Source: an uncultured Gammaproteobacteria bacterium
GTDB taxonomy: Bacteria; Patescibacteriota; Microgenomatia; Levybacterales; GWA1-39-11
NCBI GenBank assembly: GCA_964596415.1
Contig: CAZQSX010000001.1
Span: 37,508 to 101,507, forward strand
Length of the DNA: 64,000 nt
Direction: 5' to 3'
Shown: one piece after another, positions 38,534-48,530 of the stretch
Numbering within the stretch: the stretch's first letter is position 1
Layout of the letters: each line of letters begins with the position of its first letter
The notes under the pieces: generated by a model
The model's input: the letters and a program-made list of their open reading frames with translations, nothing else
The model's database searches: none
What the model was told of the DNA's origin: nothing
Translations under genes and position numbers: made by a program

Positions 38534-38857
38534 CTAAGATCTTTTTTTAAGACCAATATCCAGTATGAGAACAATAAGAAGAAGAACAGTAATATAAAAA
38601 ACATTTGCATACCCTGTTATTTGAAGGATTAACAGTGCAGAAGTAAAAAATCCGATGAGTATTCCTCGTCTTATATTTAAAAACACATAACTTGACAGCG
38701 CAAAACAGGTAAGAAAAATAAAAAGAAAGAAGATAATGACTGGGGACACACCGTAAAAAGATTTTTCAGGGTCTACAAAGTAAAAAGTAAGTGCAACACA
38801 GATGAAAGATGCAACTGTGAGCAGTAGATATGGTAAAAACTCTTTTCTTTTTTTCAT
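38534..38857 (-). CDS. small membrane protein (~107 aa, 3-4 TM)
   Basis: Hydrophobic ORF. Start taken at MKKRKEF to avoid a clash with the pyrD-like gene on the opposite strand. Confidence 0.4.
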   Translation of the reverse strand: MKKRKEFLPYLLLTVASFICVALTFYFVDPEKSFYGVSPVIIFFLFIFLTCFALSSYVFLNIRRGILIGFFTSALLILQITGYANVFYITVLLLIVLILDIGLKKRS

Positions 38858-38922
38858 ACATCTTAGCGTAGCAGAAATTTTCTTAAATTGAAAAGAATTA
38901 TGTCTTGTGATATTATTCGGAT

Positions 38923-40014
38923 ATGTCAAGTGAGGTTCCATTTTATGACCCGGGTCAAAGTTATGAAGACAATTATGAAAATGGTCCTTTTGGTTCTTTT
39001 TCTGATGGTCGAAAAATTGAAGATCCTCTTCGTCCACCACAGCATGAGTTTATGGGACACAAGGTAAATCTTCCTTTTGGAATTCCTGCAGGTCCACTTC
39101 TCAATAGTAATTATATTAAGGCAGCTTTTGAAAAAGGGTTTGATGTTGCGGTATATAAAACAGTACGAGCTGGGGAGTTTCCATGTCATCCTTTTCCAAA
39201 TGTTTTAGGGGTACATCTAGATGGTGATTTAACTATGCAGCGAGCGAACGAACCAATTTTTGCAGATACAAATTATACAAACCCAATATCTATTACAAAT
39301 TCTTTTGGCGTTCCGTCTAAAGATCCCTCAGTTTGGCAGGAGGATGCAAGACGGGCTATGAGTTTTGCAGGTGAAGGGCAGGTAATGGTACTAAGTTTTA
39401 TGGGAACTGTAAAACCAAATCAAACAGCAGAAGAATTTGTTCAGGATTTTGTACGAACAGCAGAACTATCAAAAGAAACAGGCGCAAGAATTCTCGAAGG
39501 GAATTTATCTTGTCCCAATATCGGTAATGAAGGCTTGGTTTGTTATAACTTGGACATGACTGAAAGGGTTACGCATGCGACTCGAGATAAAGTTGGGGAC
39601 ATTCCACTTATTTGGAAAGTGGGTTATTTTGAGTCTGATGCTGATCTTAAAAGGCTTGCGAAAATTATGCATGATACACACTCTGGAATTTCAGTTATTA
39701 ATACGATTCCTGCAACGATTGTTGACATAAATGGAAATCAAGCGCTTCCTGGAAGCCCAGCCAGACTTAAAAGTGGTGTCTGTGGCTCTGTTATTAAATG
39801 GGCGGGAATGGATATGGTAAAAAGGCTTGATAGAATTAGAAAAGAAGATGGGTATGAATTTTCAATAGACGGAGTTGGTGGAGTAACAACTGTTCAAGAT
39901 TATTTTGATTATAAAGAGGCAGGGGCTGATGCGGTTTTCTCAGCAACGGGAGCAATGTGGCATCCGAATCTTGCGCTTGGAATAAAAAGAGAAGTTAAAA
40001 AAAGAGCAGCTTAA
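38923..40014 (+). CDS. pyrD: dihydroorotate dehydrogenase-like (class 1 DHOD/DHPD family) flavoenzyme; alternative start at 39052
   Basis: NLPFGIPAGPL...GFDVAVYKTV, catalytic-loop LSCPN, and a TIM-barrel FMN-binding pattern (GVGGV...DAVFSATGAMW). An N-terminal ~43-aa extension is present if the first Met is used. Adjacent to pyrE. Confidence 0.65.
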   Translation: MSSEVPFYDPGQSYEDNYENGPFGSFSDGRKIEDPLRPPQHEFMGHKVNLPFGIPAGPLLNSNYIKAAFEKGFDVAVYKTVRAGEFPCHPFPNVLGVHLDGDLTMQRANEPIFADTNYTNPISITNSFGVPSKDPSVWQEDARRAMSFAGEGQVMVLSFMGTVKPNQTAEEFVQDFVRTAELSKETGARILEGNLSCPNIGNEGLVCYNLDMTERVTHATRDKVGDIPLIWKVGYFESDADLKRLAKIMHDTHSGISVINTIPATIVDINGNQALPGSPARLKSGVCGSVIKWAGMDMVKRLDRIRKEDGYEFSIDGVGGVTTVQDYFDYKEAGADAVFSATGAMWHPNLALGIKREVKKRAA

Positions 40015-40634
40015 GACTTTTTACTTTCCAAAAACTTTTTTCCATGCCCCACAGTTGTGTTTATAGGGATCCCTTTTTTGCAAAGTGGACAGTTTCTTGC
40101 TTCCCATGTTTCCACGAATAATTCTCCCAAACTCATAAACGGGGCGCCTACTGTATCCCCATTTACTGTTTTTGGACTTCTATTTACCATGACAATTACT
40201 GAAACTACTCTTCCGCCGGCATTTTTTACTGTGGTTACAACTTTCTTAACAGATCCGCCGGTTGTAGTTAAGTCTTCAATTACCAGTACATTTTTATCCT
40301 TTACATACTTATCATACCCGCGGGTAAATACCTGGTTTTTATCTGCATCTTTTTCTGTGTAAATTCCCAGAATTTCTTTATTTTTTAAAGAAGAAAGGTG
40401 ATAGGCAGTCCACGTAGATAGAATAATTCCGCCAAGTGCTGGTGCTACTACTACATCTATGTCTAAATCTTTTGCGCGTTTTGCAAATAGCATTCCCACC
40501 CTTGATGTTTCCTCAGTGTGCGGATAGAGCGCATCTTTATTAATATAAATTGGCATGTGAAGACCAGAGGTTCCCACAAAATGGTCATCTACTAAAACTG
40601 CACCAACACTTTTTAAGATATCCAAAACTTCCAT
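40011..40634 (-). CDS. pyrE: orotate phosphoribosyltransferase
   Basis: PRPP-binding loop VLVIEDLTTTGGSVKKVV. Type I PRTase length. Confidence 0.8.
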   Translation of the reverse strand: MEVLDILKSVGAVLVDDHFVGTSGLHMPIYINKDALYPHTEETSRVGMLFAKRAKDLDIDVVVAPALGGIILSTWTAYHLSSLKNKEILGIYTEKDADKNQVFTRGYDKYVKDKNVLVIEDLTTTGGSVKKVVTTVKNAGGRVVSVIVMVNRSPKTVNGDTVGAPFMSLGELFVETWEARNCPLCKKGIPINTTVGHGKKFLESKKS

Positions 40635-40641
40635 ATAGATA

Positions 40642-41733
40642 TTATATAACTGGTTTTATAACTTGTCCAAATCCTTTTTCAGCTAAAATTTTTCCCTGCC
40701 TGCCGGTAGGCATGGTGTTTTCAAAAACGGTTGTTTCTCGAATAATTACCTTCTTAACCCTTCCCTTCATTCTTCTTCCTTCAAATGGTGACCAACCACA
40801 TTTAGTAAATAACATTTCATTGGTAAGTGCGTACTCTTCATCCGTGTCCACTTCAACAATCGCATCTTGGTCAGGTAGGTTAAAAATTTTCTTTGGATTG
40901 TCATGGCAAAGCCGAAATATATCTTCAATTTTAAGTCTACCCTCGCTCACTGCGGTTAATAGCAGAGGAAGGGTCGTTTCTAAACCTGGTACTCCAAATG
41001 GAGGAGTATCGCTTTCTTTTTCCTCTTTTGTATGCGGTGCATGGTCAGATTCTATGATATCAATTTGATCCAGATGATCCCATAAAAACTGAACATCTTT
41101 CTTTGATTTTAAATATGGTTTCATTTTCCCGTATGATCCTAATTTTTTACTATCTTCTTGAGTTAAAAATAAATGATGAGGCGTTACTCCGCAGGAAACA
41201 GGAAGTCCTTTTTCTTTTGCTTGCATGATTTGCTCTAGATCCGTTCTTAAACTAATATGACAAAAATGAGCGTGCTTTTTTGTTTTGGTTACGTTTTTTA
41301 TAACTTCAGAAACTGCGTCGTCTTCTGCATGAACGAGAATTGGTCTACCATTCCAAGCGTCATATATTTTTGCAAGAGTATTTGAGTCGATTAAAAAATT
41401 TCCAGTTGTTTCATTAAGATATAGTTTTAACCCAAATACTTTTTCTTTTACTTTTTCAAATTCAGAGAGGTTATCACCTAAAGATCCAAAATAAAAACCA
41501 ACATCACTTACTATGGATTTTTTTGCAAATTCTATTTTTTCAAGAAGAAGCTTTGCGGATGTGATGGGAAATGTATTATTTGGCATGTCTAAAATTTGCG
41601 TAAACCCACCAGCTATTGCTGCAGCAGTTCCTGTATAAAAATCTTCTTTATGGGTTTGACCAGGAGTTCTTAGGTGAGTATGGATGTCTATAAGTCCTGG
41701 CAGGGTAATGTTTTTCATCTGTATTCGCTCCAC
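40642..41733 (-). CDS. pyrC: dihydroorotase (amidohydrolase superfamily)
   Basis: PGLIDIHTHLRTPG (HxH metal ligands), later His/Asp ligands (HAEDD, DHAPH). Confidence 0.8.
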   Translation of the reverse strand: MERIQMKNITLPGLIDIHTHLRTPGQTHKEDFYTGTAAAIAGGFTQILDMPNNTFPITSAKLLLEKIEFAKKSIVSDVGFYFGSLGDNLSEFEKVKEKVFGLKLYLNETTGNFLIDSNTLAKIYDAWNGRPILVHAEDDAVSEVIKNVTKTKKHAHFCHISLRTDLEQIMQAKEKGLPVSCGVTPHHLFLTQEDSKKLGSYGKMKPYLKSKKDVQFLWDHLDQIDIIESDHAPHTKEEKESDTPPFGVPGLETTLPLLLTAVSEGRLKIEDIFRLCHDNPKKIFNLPDQDAIVEVDTDEEYALTNEMLFTKCGWSPFEGRRMKGRVKKVIIRETTVFENTMPTGRQGKILAEKGFGQVIKPVI

Positions 41734-44700
41734 GATTTTATAGGAAGATCCTCGAGTGTGTACTCTGTTAATGCTTTTATATAAAGATTAGCATTTTTTC
41801 TGTTTGTTATAAGGCGAATATTATGATCAACTGCAGCTCTTCTCATAATATATCCATCATCAACATCTTTTTTATGTTTTAGATCAACAATATTAATAGC
41901 AAGATCTACTTTTCCGCGAGCAAAAAAATCTAAGATGTTAGGGTTTTTATTTTCATGAATTTTGTAAAGACGTTTAGCGGGAATTCCATGATATCTAAAA
42001 AACTTTGCTGTATTTTCAGTCGCATATATTTGAACTCCTAATTCCTTTAAGCGAAAAGCACTATCTAAGAATCTGACTTTATTATCCTCTGAGCCAAGGG
42101 ATACAAAAATTCCTTTTTTTGGAATAACTCCATCTACTGAGAGTTCAGCTTTTAGAAATGCCTCATCAACATGCTCTCCAAAAGCAGCTGCTTCTCCGGT
42201 TGAAGCCATTTCTACTCGAAGCAGAGGATCTGCTCCTTCTAGTCTTGAGAATGAGAATTGCGGAACCTTTACAAGGTAAGATTTTGGGTAAGGGATAATT
42301 TCTTTTTTACCTTTATTAAAAAACGCATCAACTAAAACGTGGGCAAGATTAACCCCTGTTGCTTTGGAGATAAATGGAAATGTTCGGGATGCCCGAAGAT
42401 TTGCTTCAATAACGTAGACTTTTCCTTCACGTGCTAAAAATTGTATATTTATGGGTCCAGTAATATCTAATTTTTTTACAATTTTTTGAGCAATTTCTAT
42501 AATTTCTCGTTCATAGTGAATGTAAAGATTATGAGGAGGGTAAACAATTGACGCATCACCAGAATGTACACCCGCATTTTCTATATGTTGGGATATAGCG
42601 TATCGGATTAATTCTCCGTGTTGACCAACTCCATCAAGCTCTATCTCCCGAGCATGCTCTATGAATTTACTTACCGTAATTGGATGATCGCTGCTGATAG
42701 TAGTAGCAACTTTTTTTAAGAAAGATTTTAAGTCTTCTTCTGTATAGCATACACTCATAGCATCACCAGAAAGTACATATGACGGTCGAATAAGCACAGG
42801 ATACCCTTCCTCTGTTGCAAATGTAATTGCGGACTGTACTGTTTTAAACTGCTTCCATATGGGTTGTGCAATATTGAGTGTGTCAAGAAGGTGGGAAAAT
42901 GTATTTCTGTCCTCTGCGCGGTCAATATTTTCAGCGCTTGTTCCAAGAATAGGAACTTTATTAAGATCTAATTTTTTTGCGAGATTATTTGGCGTTTGTC
43001 CTCCAACAGAAATAATTACACCAAAAGATTTTTCAAAATCATAAATATCCAAGACCCGTTCTAGTGTTAGTTCTTCAAAATAGAGTCTATCTGAGATGTC
43101 ATAATCTGTTGAAACAGTTTCAGGGTTACAGTTTATGATGATTGATTGTTTTTTGTATTTTTTTAGAGCAAGAGCTGTGTTAACACATGTCCAATCAAAC
43201 TCTACGGAAGACCCAATTCTGTAAGGACCTGATCCCAGCACAATGACACCGTCATTTTTAATAGGTGTAACATCATTTATTGTTGCATGATATGTCATGT
43301 ATAGATAATTTGTTTTTGCTGGAAATTCCCCAGCGAGAGTATCAATCTGAAGAACAGAAGGGATTATCTTAAACGCGAGTCGCATCTTTCGAATTTCTTG
43401 TTCAGGTATTTTTAAAATAGATCCAATTTTTTTATCTGAAAAACCGAGTTTCTTCAGGTGGTATAAAGAGTCTTTTGTTATAATTTTTTTGTTCTCTAAA
43501 ACTGTTTCAGCATGTGCGATATTTTTTATACCAGTTAGAAACCATGGGTCAATTCCTGTAAGTTTATGAATTTTTTGAATTGTTTCACCATTTTTAAAAG
43601 CTTGAGCAATTGCAAAAATTCTTTTTGGAGTAGGAGTTTTTATAAAATGATGTAGGTTTTCTTTTTTTGTTGCGAACCGGTCTTTATTCCTGAGAATATT
43701 ACTGTCAGTAATTCCTTCATTTCCTGTTCCAAGCATCCTGATTGCTTTTTGAAGTGCTTCTTCAAATGATCTTCCGATACTCATAACTTCTCCAACAGAT
43801 TTCATGCTGCTTCCTATTTTTTCCTCAACCCCTTTAAATTTTTCTAGATCCCAGCGGGGAATTTTAACAACTAAATAATCAAGTGCAGGTTCAAAACAGG
43901 ATTGGGTTACAAGCGTCACCTGATTTTTAATTTCAGTCATGGAAAATCCTAACGACAGTTTTGCCGCAACATATGCAAGTGGATATCCGGTTGCTTTAGA
44001 AGCAAGAGCAGAAGATCTTGAAAGTCTTGGATTCATTTCAATTACCTGATACTCTAATGGCGGATTATTTAAGTGGGCTTGCCCTGAGCCTTCTGGCGAA
44101 GGGTGAAGTGCAAATTGGACATTGCATTCGCCAACAATATTTAAACTTCTCACAATCTTAATGGATACATCTCTGAGGTATTGATATTCATAATTGGTAA
44201 GCGTTTGAGAAGGCGCAACCACAATAGATTCTCCTGTATGAATTCCCAGGGGATCTAAATTTTCCATATTGCAAACTGTTATGCAGTTATCATATGCGTC
44301 TCGTACTACTTCGTACTCAATCTCTTTATAATGATGAAGATATTTTTCTATGAGAATTTGTGGTGAAAAAGAAAGGGCTTCTTCTATTTTGAGATTAAAT
44401 TCTTCCTCTGTGTAGCAGATTCCAGACTTCTGTCCTCCTAGAGCAAATGCAGCCCGTACCATAACAGGAAGGCCTAATTTTTTCATAACTTTTTTTGCCT
44501 CAGAGATACTTGCAGCTGCATAACTAAGAGGAGTATTTACTTGGATTTTTTTCATGTGTTTTGCAAATTCAGCTCTATCTTCTGCGATAATGATGCTTTC
44601 AACGGATGTTCCAAGAACTTTTGTTTGATATTTTTGAAGAACCCCTTTTTTATATAAGTTAACACCGCAGTTCAATGCAGTTTGTCCGCCAAAAGAAAGT

Positions 44701-44966
44701 GTTATGGCATCTGGTTTTTCTTTTTTTATTACTTCTTCTACAAAATGTTCAGTTACGGGAAGAAAATAAACGGTATCTGCTAAAAATTCAGAAGTTTGAA
44801 TGGTTGCAATGTTAGGATTTATAAGAACTGTTGTTATTCCTTCTTCTTTATATGCTTTAATTGCTTGTGAACCTGAGTAATCAAATTCACCAGCTTGTCC
44901 GATTTTTAATGCACCAGATCCAAGTATCAAAATTTTTTTAATTTTCTGTATTTTTTTATTTGTCAT
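41715..44966 (-). CDS. carB: carbamoyl-phosphate synthase large subunit
   Basis: 1083 aa, duplicated ATP-grasp halves (ILILGSGALKIGQAGEFDYSG ... IVLGSGPYRIGSSVEFDW), and a C-terminal MGS-like domain. Confidence 0.95.
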   Translation of the reverse strand: MTNKKIQKIKKILILGSGALKIGQAGEFDYSGSQAIKAYKEEGITTVLINPNIATIQTSEFLADTVYFLPVTEHFVEEVIKKEKPDAITLSFGGQTALNCGVNLYKKGVLQKYQTKVLGTSVESIIIAEDRAEFAKHMKKIQVNTPLSYAAASISEAKKVMKKLGLPVMVRAAFALGGQKSGICYTEEEFNLKIEEALSFSPQILIEKYLHHYKEIEYEVVRDAYDNCITVCNMENLDPLGIHTGESIVVAPSQTLTNYEYQYLRDVSIKIVRSLNIVGECNVQFALHPSPEGSGQAHLNNPPLEYQVIEMNPRLSRSSALASKATGYPLAYVAAKLSLGFSMTEIKNQVTLVTQSCFEPALDYLVVKIPRWDLEKFKGVEEKIGSSMKSVGEVMSIGRSFEEALQKAIRMLGTGNEGITDSNILRNKDRFATKKENLHHFIKTPTPKRIFAIAQAFKNGETIQKIHKLTGIDPWFLTGIKNIAHAETVLENKKIITKDSLYHLKKLGFSDKKIGSILKIPEQEIRKMRLAFKIIPSVLQIDTLAGEFPAKTNYLYMTYHATINDVTPIKNDGVIVLGSGPYRIGSSVEFDWTCVNTALALKKYKKQSIIINCNPETVSTDYDISDRLYFEELTLERVLDIYDFEKSFGVIISVGGQTPNNLAKKLDLNKVPILGTSAENIDRAEDRNTFSHLLDTLNIAQPIWKQFKTVQSAITFATEEGYPVLIRPSYVLSGDAMSVCYTEEDLKSFLKKVATTISSDHPITVSKFIEHAREIELDGVGQHGELIRYAISQHIENAGVHSGDASIVYPPHNLYIHYEREIIEIAQKIVKKLDITGPINIQFLAREGKVYVIEANLRASRTFPFISKATGVNLAHVLVDAFFNKGKKEIIPYPKSYLVKVPQFSFSRLEGADPLLRVEMASTGEAAAFGEHVDEAFLKAELSVDGVIPKKGIFVSLGSEDNKVRFLDSAFRLKELGVQIYATENTAKFFRYHGIPAKRLYKIHENKNPNILDFFARGKVDLAINIVDLKHKKDVDDGYIMRRAAVDHNIRLITNRKNANLYIKALTEYTLEDLPIKSWSEYR

Positions 44967-46003
44967 ACTTTTTTAAGAAATTCATCAAACAAAAAGTCAG
45001 TATCTTGTGGCCCTGGATAGCTCTCTGGATGAAACTGTACAGACATAAACGGCAATGAGTTGTGGATAATTCCTTCATTGGTGTTATCATTTGCATTCGT
45101 AAACCAAGTTTTGAACCCAGGAGGAATTTTCCCAACTGCGTATCCGTGGTTTTGCGTTGTGATATAGCATCTATCAGTTCCCGTCATCACGCAGGGTTGG
45201 TTTTGGGATCTATGTCCATACTTTAATTTATAGGTGTCTCCGCCAGCAGCAAGTGCAAGAATTTGATTTCCCAAACAAATACCAAAGGTAGGAATTTTTT
45301 TCTCAAGTGCTTTTTTTATAATCTCAATTGTTTTTACTGCCATTTTTGGATCACCTGGTCCATTTGAGATAATAATTCCATCACATAAAACGTTATGCTT
45401 AAAAATATCATAATCCCACGGGACAGTTATTACTTCAACGCCACGATTCAAAAGGCTTCTTACGATATTTCTTTTTGCACCGCAATCAAATAAAACAATT
45501 TTTTTCTTGCCAGTTCCTTGCCTAACTATTTTTTTTGTTGAAACTTCAGCAACTAAATTTTCAATATTTGGATTGTATTGTTCTAATCCGCCAGCTGGTG
45601 GATTTATCAATATTTTTCCAAGCATCGTTCCTTTTGTTCTTAATTTTTTTGTTAAGAATCTTGTGTCTGAAATTTCAAGACCAGGAATACCTTCTTCTTT
45701 CAACCAGCTCGCAAGCGTTTTACGACTGGTGTGATGAGAGGGGTTGTCAATATAATTACAAACAATAAGACCTTTTATATGAATAGAATCTGATTCAAAA
45801 TATTTGTTATCTGTTACGCCGTAGTTTCCAATTAATGGATAGGTAAATATGAGAATTTGTCCTCTGTATGAAGGGTCGGTAATTGATTCTGGATACCCAA
45901 CCATGCCAGTTGCAAAAACCACTTCCCCTGCGGTTGAAGTGGGCGCTCCAAATGAAGCACCTTCAAGATGTGTTCCATCTTCTAAAATTAAATAACCTTT
46001 CAT
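44963..46003 (-). CDS. carA: carbamoyl-phosphate synthase small (glutaminase) subunit
   Basis: Class I GATase catalytic GICLGNQ (Cys) and HPE near the C-terminus. ATGA overlap with carB. Confidence 0.9.
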   Translation of the reverse strand: MKGYLILEDGTHLEGASFGAPTSTAGEVVFATGMVGYPESITDPSYRGQILIFTYPLIGNYGVTDNKYFESDSIHIKGLIVCNYIDNPSHHTSRKTLASWLKEEGIPGLEISDTRFLTKKLRTKGTMLGKILINPPAGGLEQYNPNIENLVAEVSTKKIVRQGTGKKKIVLFDCGAKRNIVRSLLNRGVEVITVPWDYDIFKHNVLCDGIIISNGPGDPKMAVKTIEIIKKALEKKIPTFGICLGNQILALAAGGDTYKLKYGHRSQNQPCVMTGTDRCYITTQNHGYAVGKIPPGFKTWFTNANDNTNEGIIHNSLPFMSVQFHPESYPGPQDTDFLFDEFLKKV

Positions 46004-46965
46004 AATAATCCAAGAACAAGAGATATAAGAGCCATGCGTAAATACATCCCATTTCTTATTTGGGATGTGAGATATACTGCCCGAGGATCAGAGTCAACAC
46101 CTGTATCAATTTCACCTACTCTTGGAAGTGGATGCATGAAGATAGTTTTTGCACCTGCATAATTTTCAATAAGTTTTGGAGTGAGTATATATTTATTTTT
46201 TACTTTTTCATATGCTTCATGTTTTGAAAAACGCTCTTTTTGAACTCTTGTCCAATACCAGAAATCAGCATTTTTAGGAATATCTTCTTCTTTTGAAATT
46301 TCATGAATGGTAATTCCTGAGTCTTTGAATTTTGTTAATTCAGTTCTATTAATCATTAATTCCTTTGGTGACAGAAGATATACAGTGTTTTTCTTAAACA
46401 AGCTTAAAGCTCTAATTAAAGAGTGTACTGTTCTTCCATTCAGCATATCTCCTGCAAGAACTCCTGTAAGATTATCTAAGTGTTTTGTGTGTTCATAGAT
46501 GGTATAAAGATCAAATAATGCTTGTGTAGGGTGCTCATTAGTTCCGTCACCTGCGTTAAGAATTGGAACAAAGTTTGCAGCATCAGCAGCTTTTTTAGCA
46601 GCTCCTACTTCCGGATGTCTTATGACAATTGCGTCACAATATGCTTCAAAAACACGAATAGTATCTTCAAGTGTTTCACCTTTTGAAACTGAGGAAAATT
46701 GCTGCGGATTTAAGATTTCAATTGTTTGACCTCCCAATTGTTTAACTGCTGCGCCAAAAGAGGCAAAGGTTCTGCTTGAGGGTTCGTAGAATAATAAGGT
46801 AACTATTTTTCCTTTTAAAAGACTTGAAGGGCGACCGTTTTTGGCAATTAATGCCATCTTGGGAACGTGTGAGAAAAGTTTTTCAATTGAAGAGGTATCA
46901 AATTGAGAAAGAGAGAGGATGTCTTGGTTTTTAAACTTGCCAGAAATTGTTTTAGTGTTTTGCAT
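46000..46965 (-). CDS. pyrB: aspartate carbamoyltransferase catalytic subunit
   Basis: FYEPSSRT (STRTR-type carbamoyl-phosphate site), HPTQAL, and HPLP motifs. Alignment with canonical ATCase N-termini favours the start at 46965 (MQNTK); the ORF track extends to 47046, and 46989 is another candidate. Confidence 0.8.
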   Translation of the reverse strand: MQNTKTISGKFKNQDILSLSQFDTSSIEKLFSHVPKMALIAKNGRPSSLLKGKIVTLLFYEPSSRTFASFGAAVKQLGGQTIEILNPQQFSSVSKGETLEDTIRVFEAYCDAIVIRHPEVGAAKKAADAANFVPILNAGDGTNEHPTQALFDLYTIYEHTKHLDNLTGVLAGDMLNGRTVHSLIRALSLFKKNTVYLLSPKELMINRTELTKFKDSGITIHEISKEEDIPKNADFWYWTRVQKERFSKHEAYEKVKNKYILTPKLIENYAGAKTIFMHPLPRVGEIDTGVDSDPRAVYLTSQIRNGMYLRMALISLVLGLL

Positions 46966-47035
46966 TGATTTTACGACGTTCTGGAACATAACTTTACCAG
47001 AATATAGGCTCTTTTTCAATATTGAAAAAATTCCC

Positions 47036-47073
47036 CTTGACACCAATTAGCAGTCGTGGTATATTATTGCTAA
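47036..47073 (+). promoter_or_regulatory. hrcA promoter region with CIRCE-like operator TTAGCA-gtcgtggtatattat-TGCTAA preceded by TTGACA
   Basis: Outer half-sites are perfect with a 15-nt spacer. Lies in the pyrB/hrcA divergent intergenic region. Confidence 0.6.
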
Positions 47074-47124
47074 TCCTTCGACTCGCTCTGTTTGCTCAGG
47101 ACAAGCACAAGGATTTTTAATACC

Positions 47125-47850
47125 ATGTATGATTTGACACCACGCCAAGTAGATATCTTAAAGCTTATTGTCAAGGAGTATATAGATAATGCAGAGCCTG
47201 TTGGCTCTGAAACCCTTGAAAAAAAATATGATATTGGGGTTTCACCCGCAACTATCAGAAATGAGATGGCAGAGATGGTGAAGCTTGGATATCTTTCAAA
47301 ACCTCATACATCAGCTGGTCGAATACCTTCTACAAAGGCATTAAAGCTTTACATAAATGAGCTTATGCGTGAAAAAGAAATTTCAGTAGCTGATGAAGTT
47401 CAAGCAAAAGAAAAAGTGTGGGATTATAGGGCAACACGAGATAAGTTTTTGCGCGAAGTTACAAAAAATTTAGCCCAAAAAACACATTCGCTTGCGGTTA
47501 CAACTACTTCTGAGGGAGATATTTATTATGCAGGATATGGAAATATTTTGGAGATGCCTGAATTTTACGATATTGATATAGCAAAAAATTTTCTTACCCT
47601 TCTTGATAATACTTCTTGCTTTGAAAGCATCATTGAACGTATGGAAAACGATTTTGGAATTTTTTTGGGTGATGAGTTAGGGAGCGAGCTGTATAAACCA
47701 TACAGTTTTATTTTTAGTAGATTTGATGTAAAATCTCATCAATGTCAGGGTTCAATTGGAGTGGTAGGTCCAGCTAGAGTAAGGTATGATTCGCTTGTAC
47801 CAACCGTTAAATTTTTTGGAGGGCTTATAGAAGACGTTGCTGAATGGTAG
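47125..47850 (+). CDS. hrcA: heat-inducible transcription repressor HrcA (short form, ~241 aa)
   Basis: N-terminal wHTH LTPRQVDILKLIVKEYIDNAEPVGSETL...SAGRIPSTKALKLYINELM. C-terminal GSIGVVGPARVRYDSLVPTVKFFGG is HrcA-like. Confidence 0.85.
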   Translation: MYDLTPRQVDILKLIVKEYIDNAEPVGSETLEKKYDIGVSPATIRNEMAEMVKLGYLSKPHTSAGRIPSTKALKLYINELMREKEISVADEVQAKEKVWDYRATRDKFLREVTKNLAQKTHSLAVTTTSEGDIYYAGYGNILEMPEFYDIDIAKNFLTLLDNTSCFESIIERMENDFGIFLGDELGSELYKPYSFIFSRFDVKSHQCQGSIGVVGPARVRYDSLVPTVKFFGGLIEDVAEW

Positions 47851-47897
47851 GATTTGAAACAGTAGTTTTAGAAGTTATAATTTATAATTAAATTCAG

Positions 47898-48443
47898 ATG
47901 GATAAGAAAAATAAGCAAAGCTTGCGACCCTCAGATGAGTCTGAAGGTCTAAAGAAACATGAAGAAACAACAGAAGAATTTGAAGAGGAGCTTGATCAGG
48001 AAGAGCACGTAGGAGAGGAACAAGAGGAGTCAGAAGCAGATGCTAGGGTAAAAAACTTAGAGGATCAATTAAAGCGGGCAGTTGCAGATTATCGTAATCT
48101 TGAAAATAGGGTGCAGGAGGAACGGATTGAGTTTGTAAAATTTGCAAATAAAAATTTGTTAGAAAATTTACTTCCTGCTTTTGACACAATAATTTTGGCC
48201 TCTCAATATTCTGAGGACCAGAACTTGCAAGTGACCGTAAAGTATTTACTTGATATTTTAAAGCAGGCAGGAGTAGAAAAAGTAGAAACAATTGGTCAGA
48301 AATTTGACCCGGTGACCATGGAGGCAATTGAGGTTATTGCGGGAAATGAAGGAGAGGTTGTAGAAGAGTCTCAGCCAGGATTTACACTGCATGGTAAGAT
48401 ATTAAGACCTGCGAGAGTAAAAGTGGGAAGGGAGAAGGAGTAA
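47898..48443 (+). CDS. grpE: nucleotide exchange factor GrpE
   Basis: Acidic N-terminus, long coiled coil (LKRAVADYRNLENRVQEERIEF), and a C-terminal beta-domain (GKILRPARVKV). Confidence 0.85.
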   Translation: MDKKNKQSLRPSDESEGLKKHEETTEEFEEELDQEEHVGEEQEESEADARVKNLEDQLKRAVADYRNLENRVQEERIEFVKFANKNLLENLLPAFDTIILASQYSEDQNLQVTVKYLLDILKQAGVEKVETIGQKFDPVTMEAIEVIAGNEGEVVEESQPGFTLHGKILRPARVKVGREKE

Positions 48444-48530
48444 GAAAAAACTATAATTTAAAATTTTTAATTTCTCATGAATTTTTAAAAGTGATTGAAA
48501 ATTTAAGATTTATAATTTAAAATTAAACCT

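Noticed and set aside
37075-38610. N-terminally extended 511-aa version of MetRS (and similarly extended starts for pyrB at 47046, the PEGA gene at 36279, the cohesin protein at 26947 and hrcA at 47092)
   Set aside because: The extensions are hydrophobic or junk-like, precede the conserved N-terminal motifs of each family, and contain promoter-like elements. Internal Met starts were chosen instead.
48444-48530. AT-rich grpE-dnaK spacer with direct repeat ATAATTTAAAATT as a regulatory element
   Set aside because: The repeats are very short and low-complexity in an AT-rich spacer. This is insufficient to claim a function.
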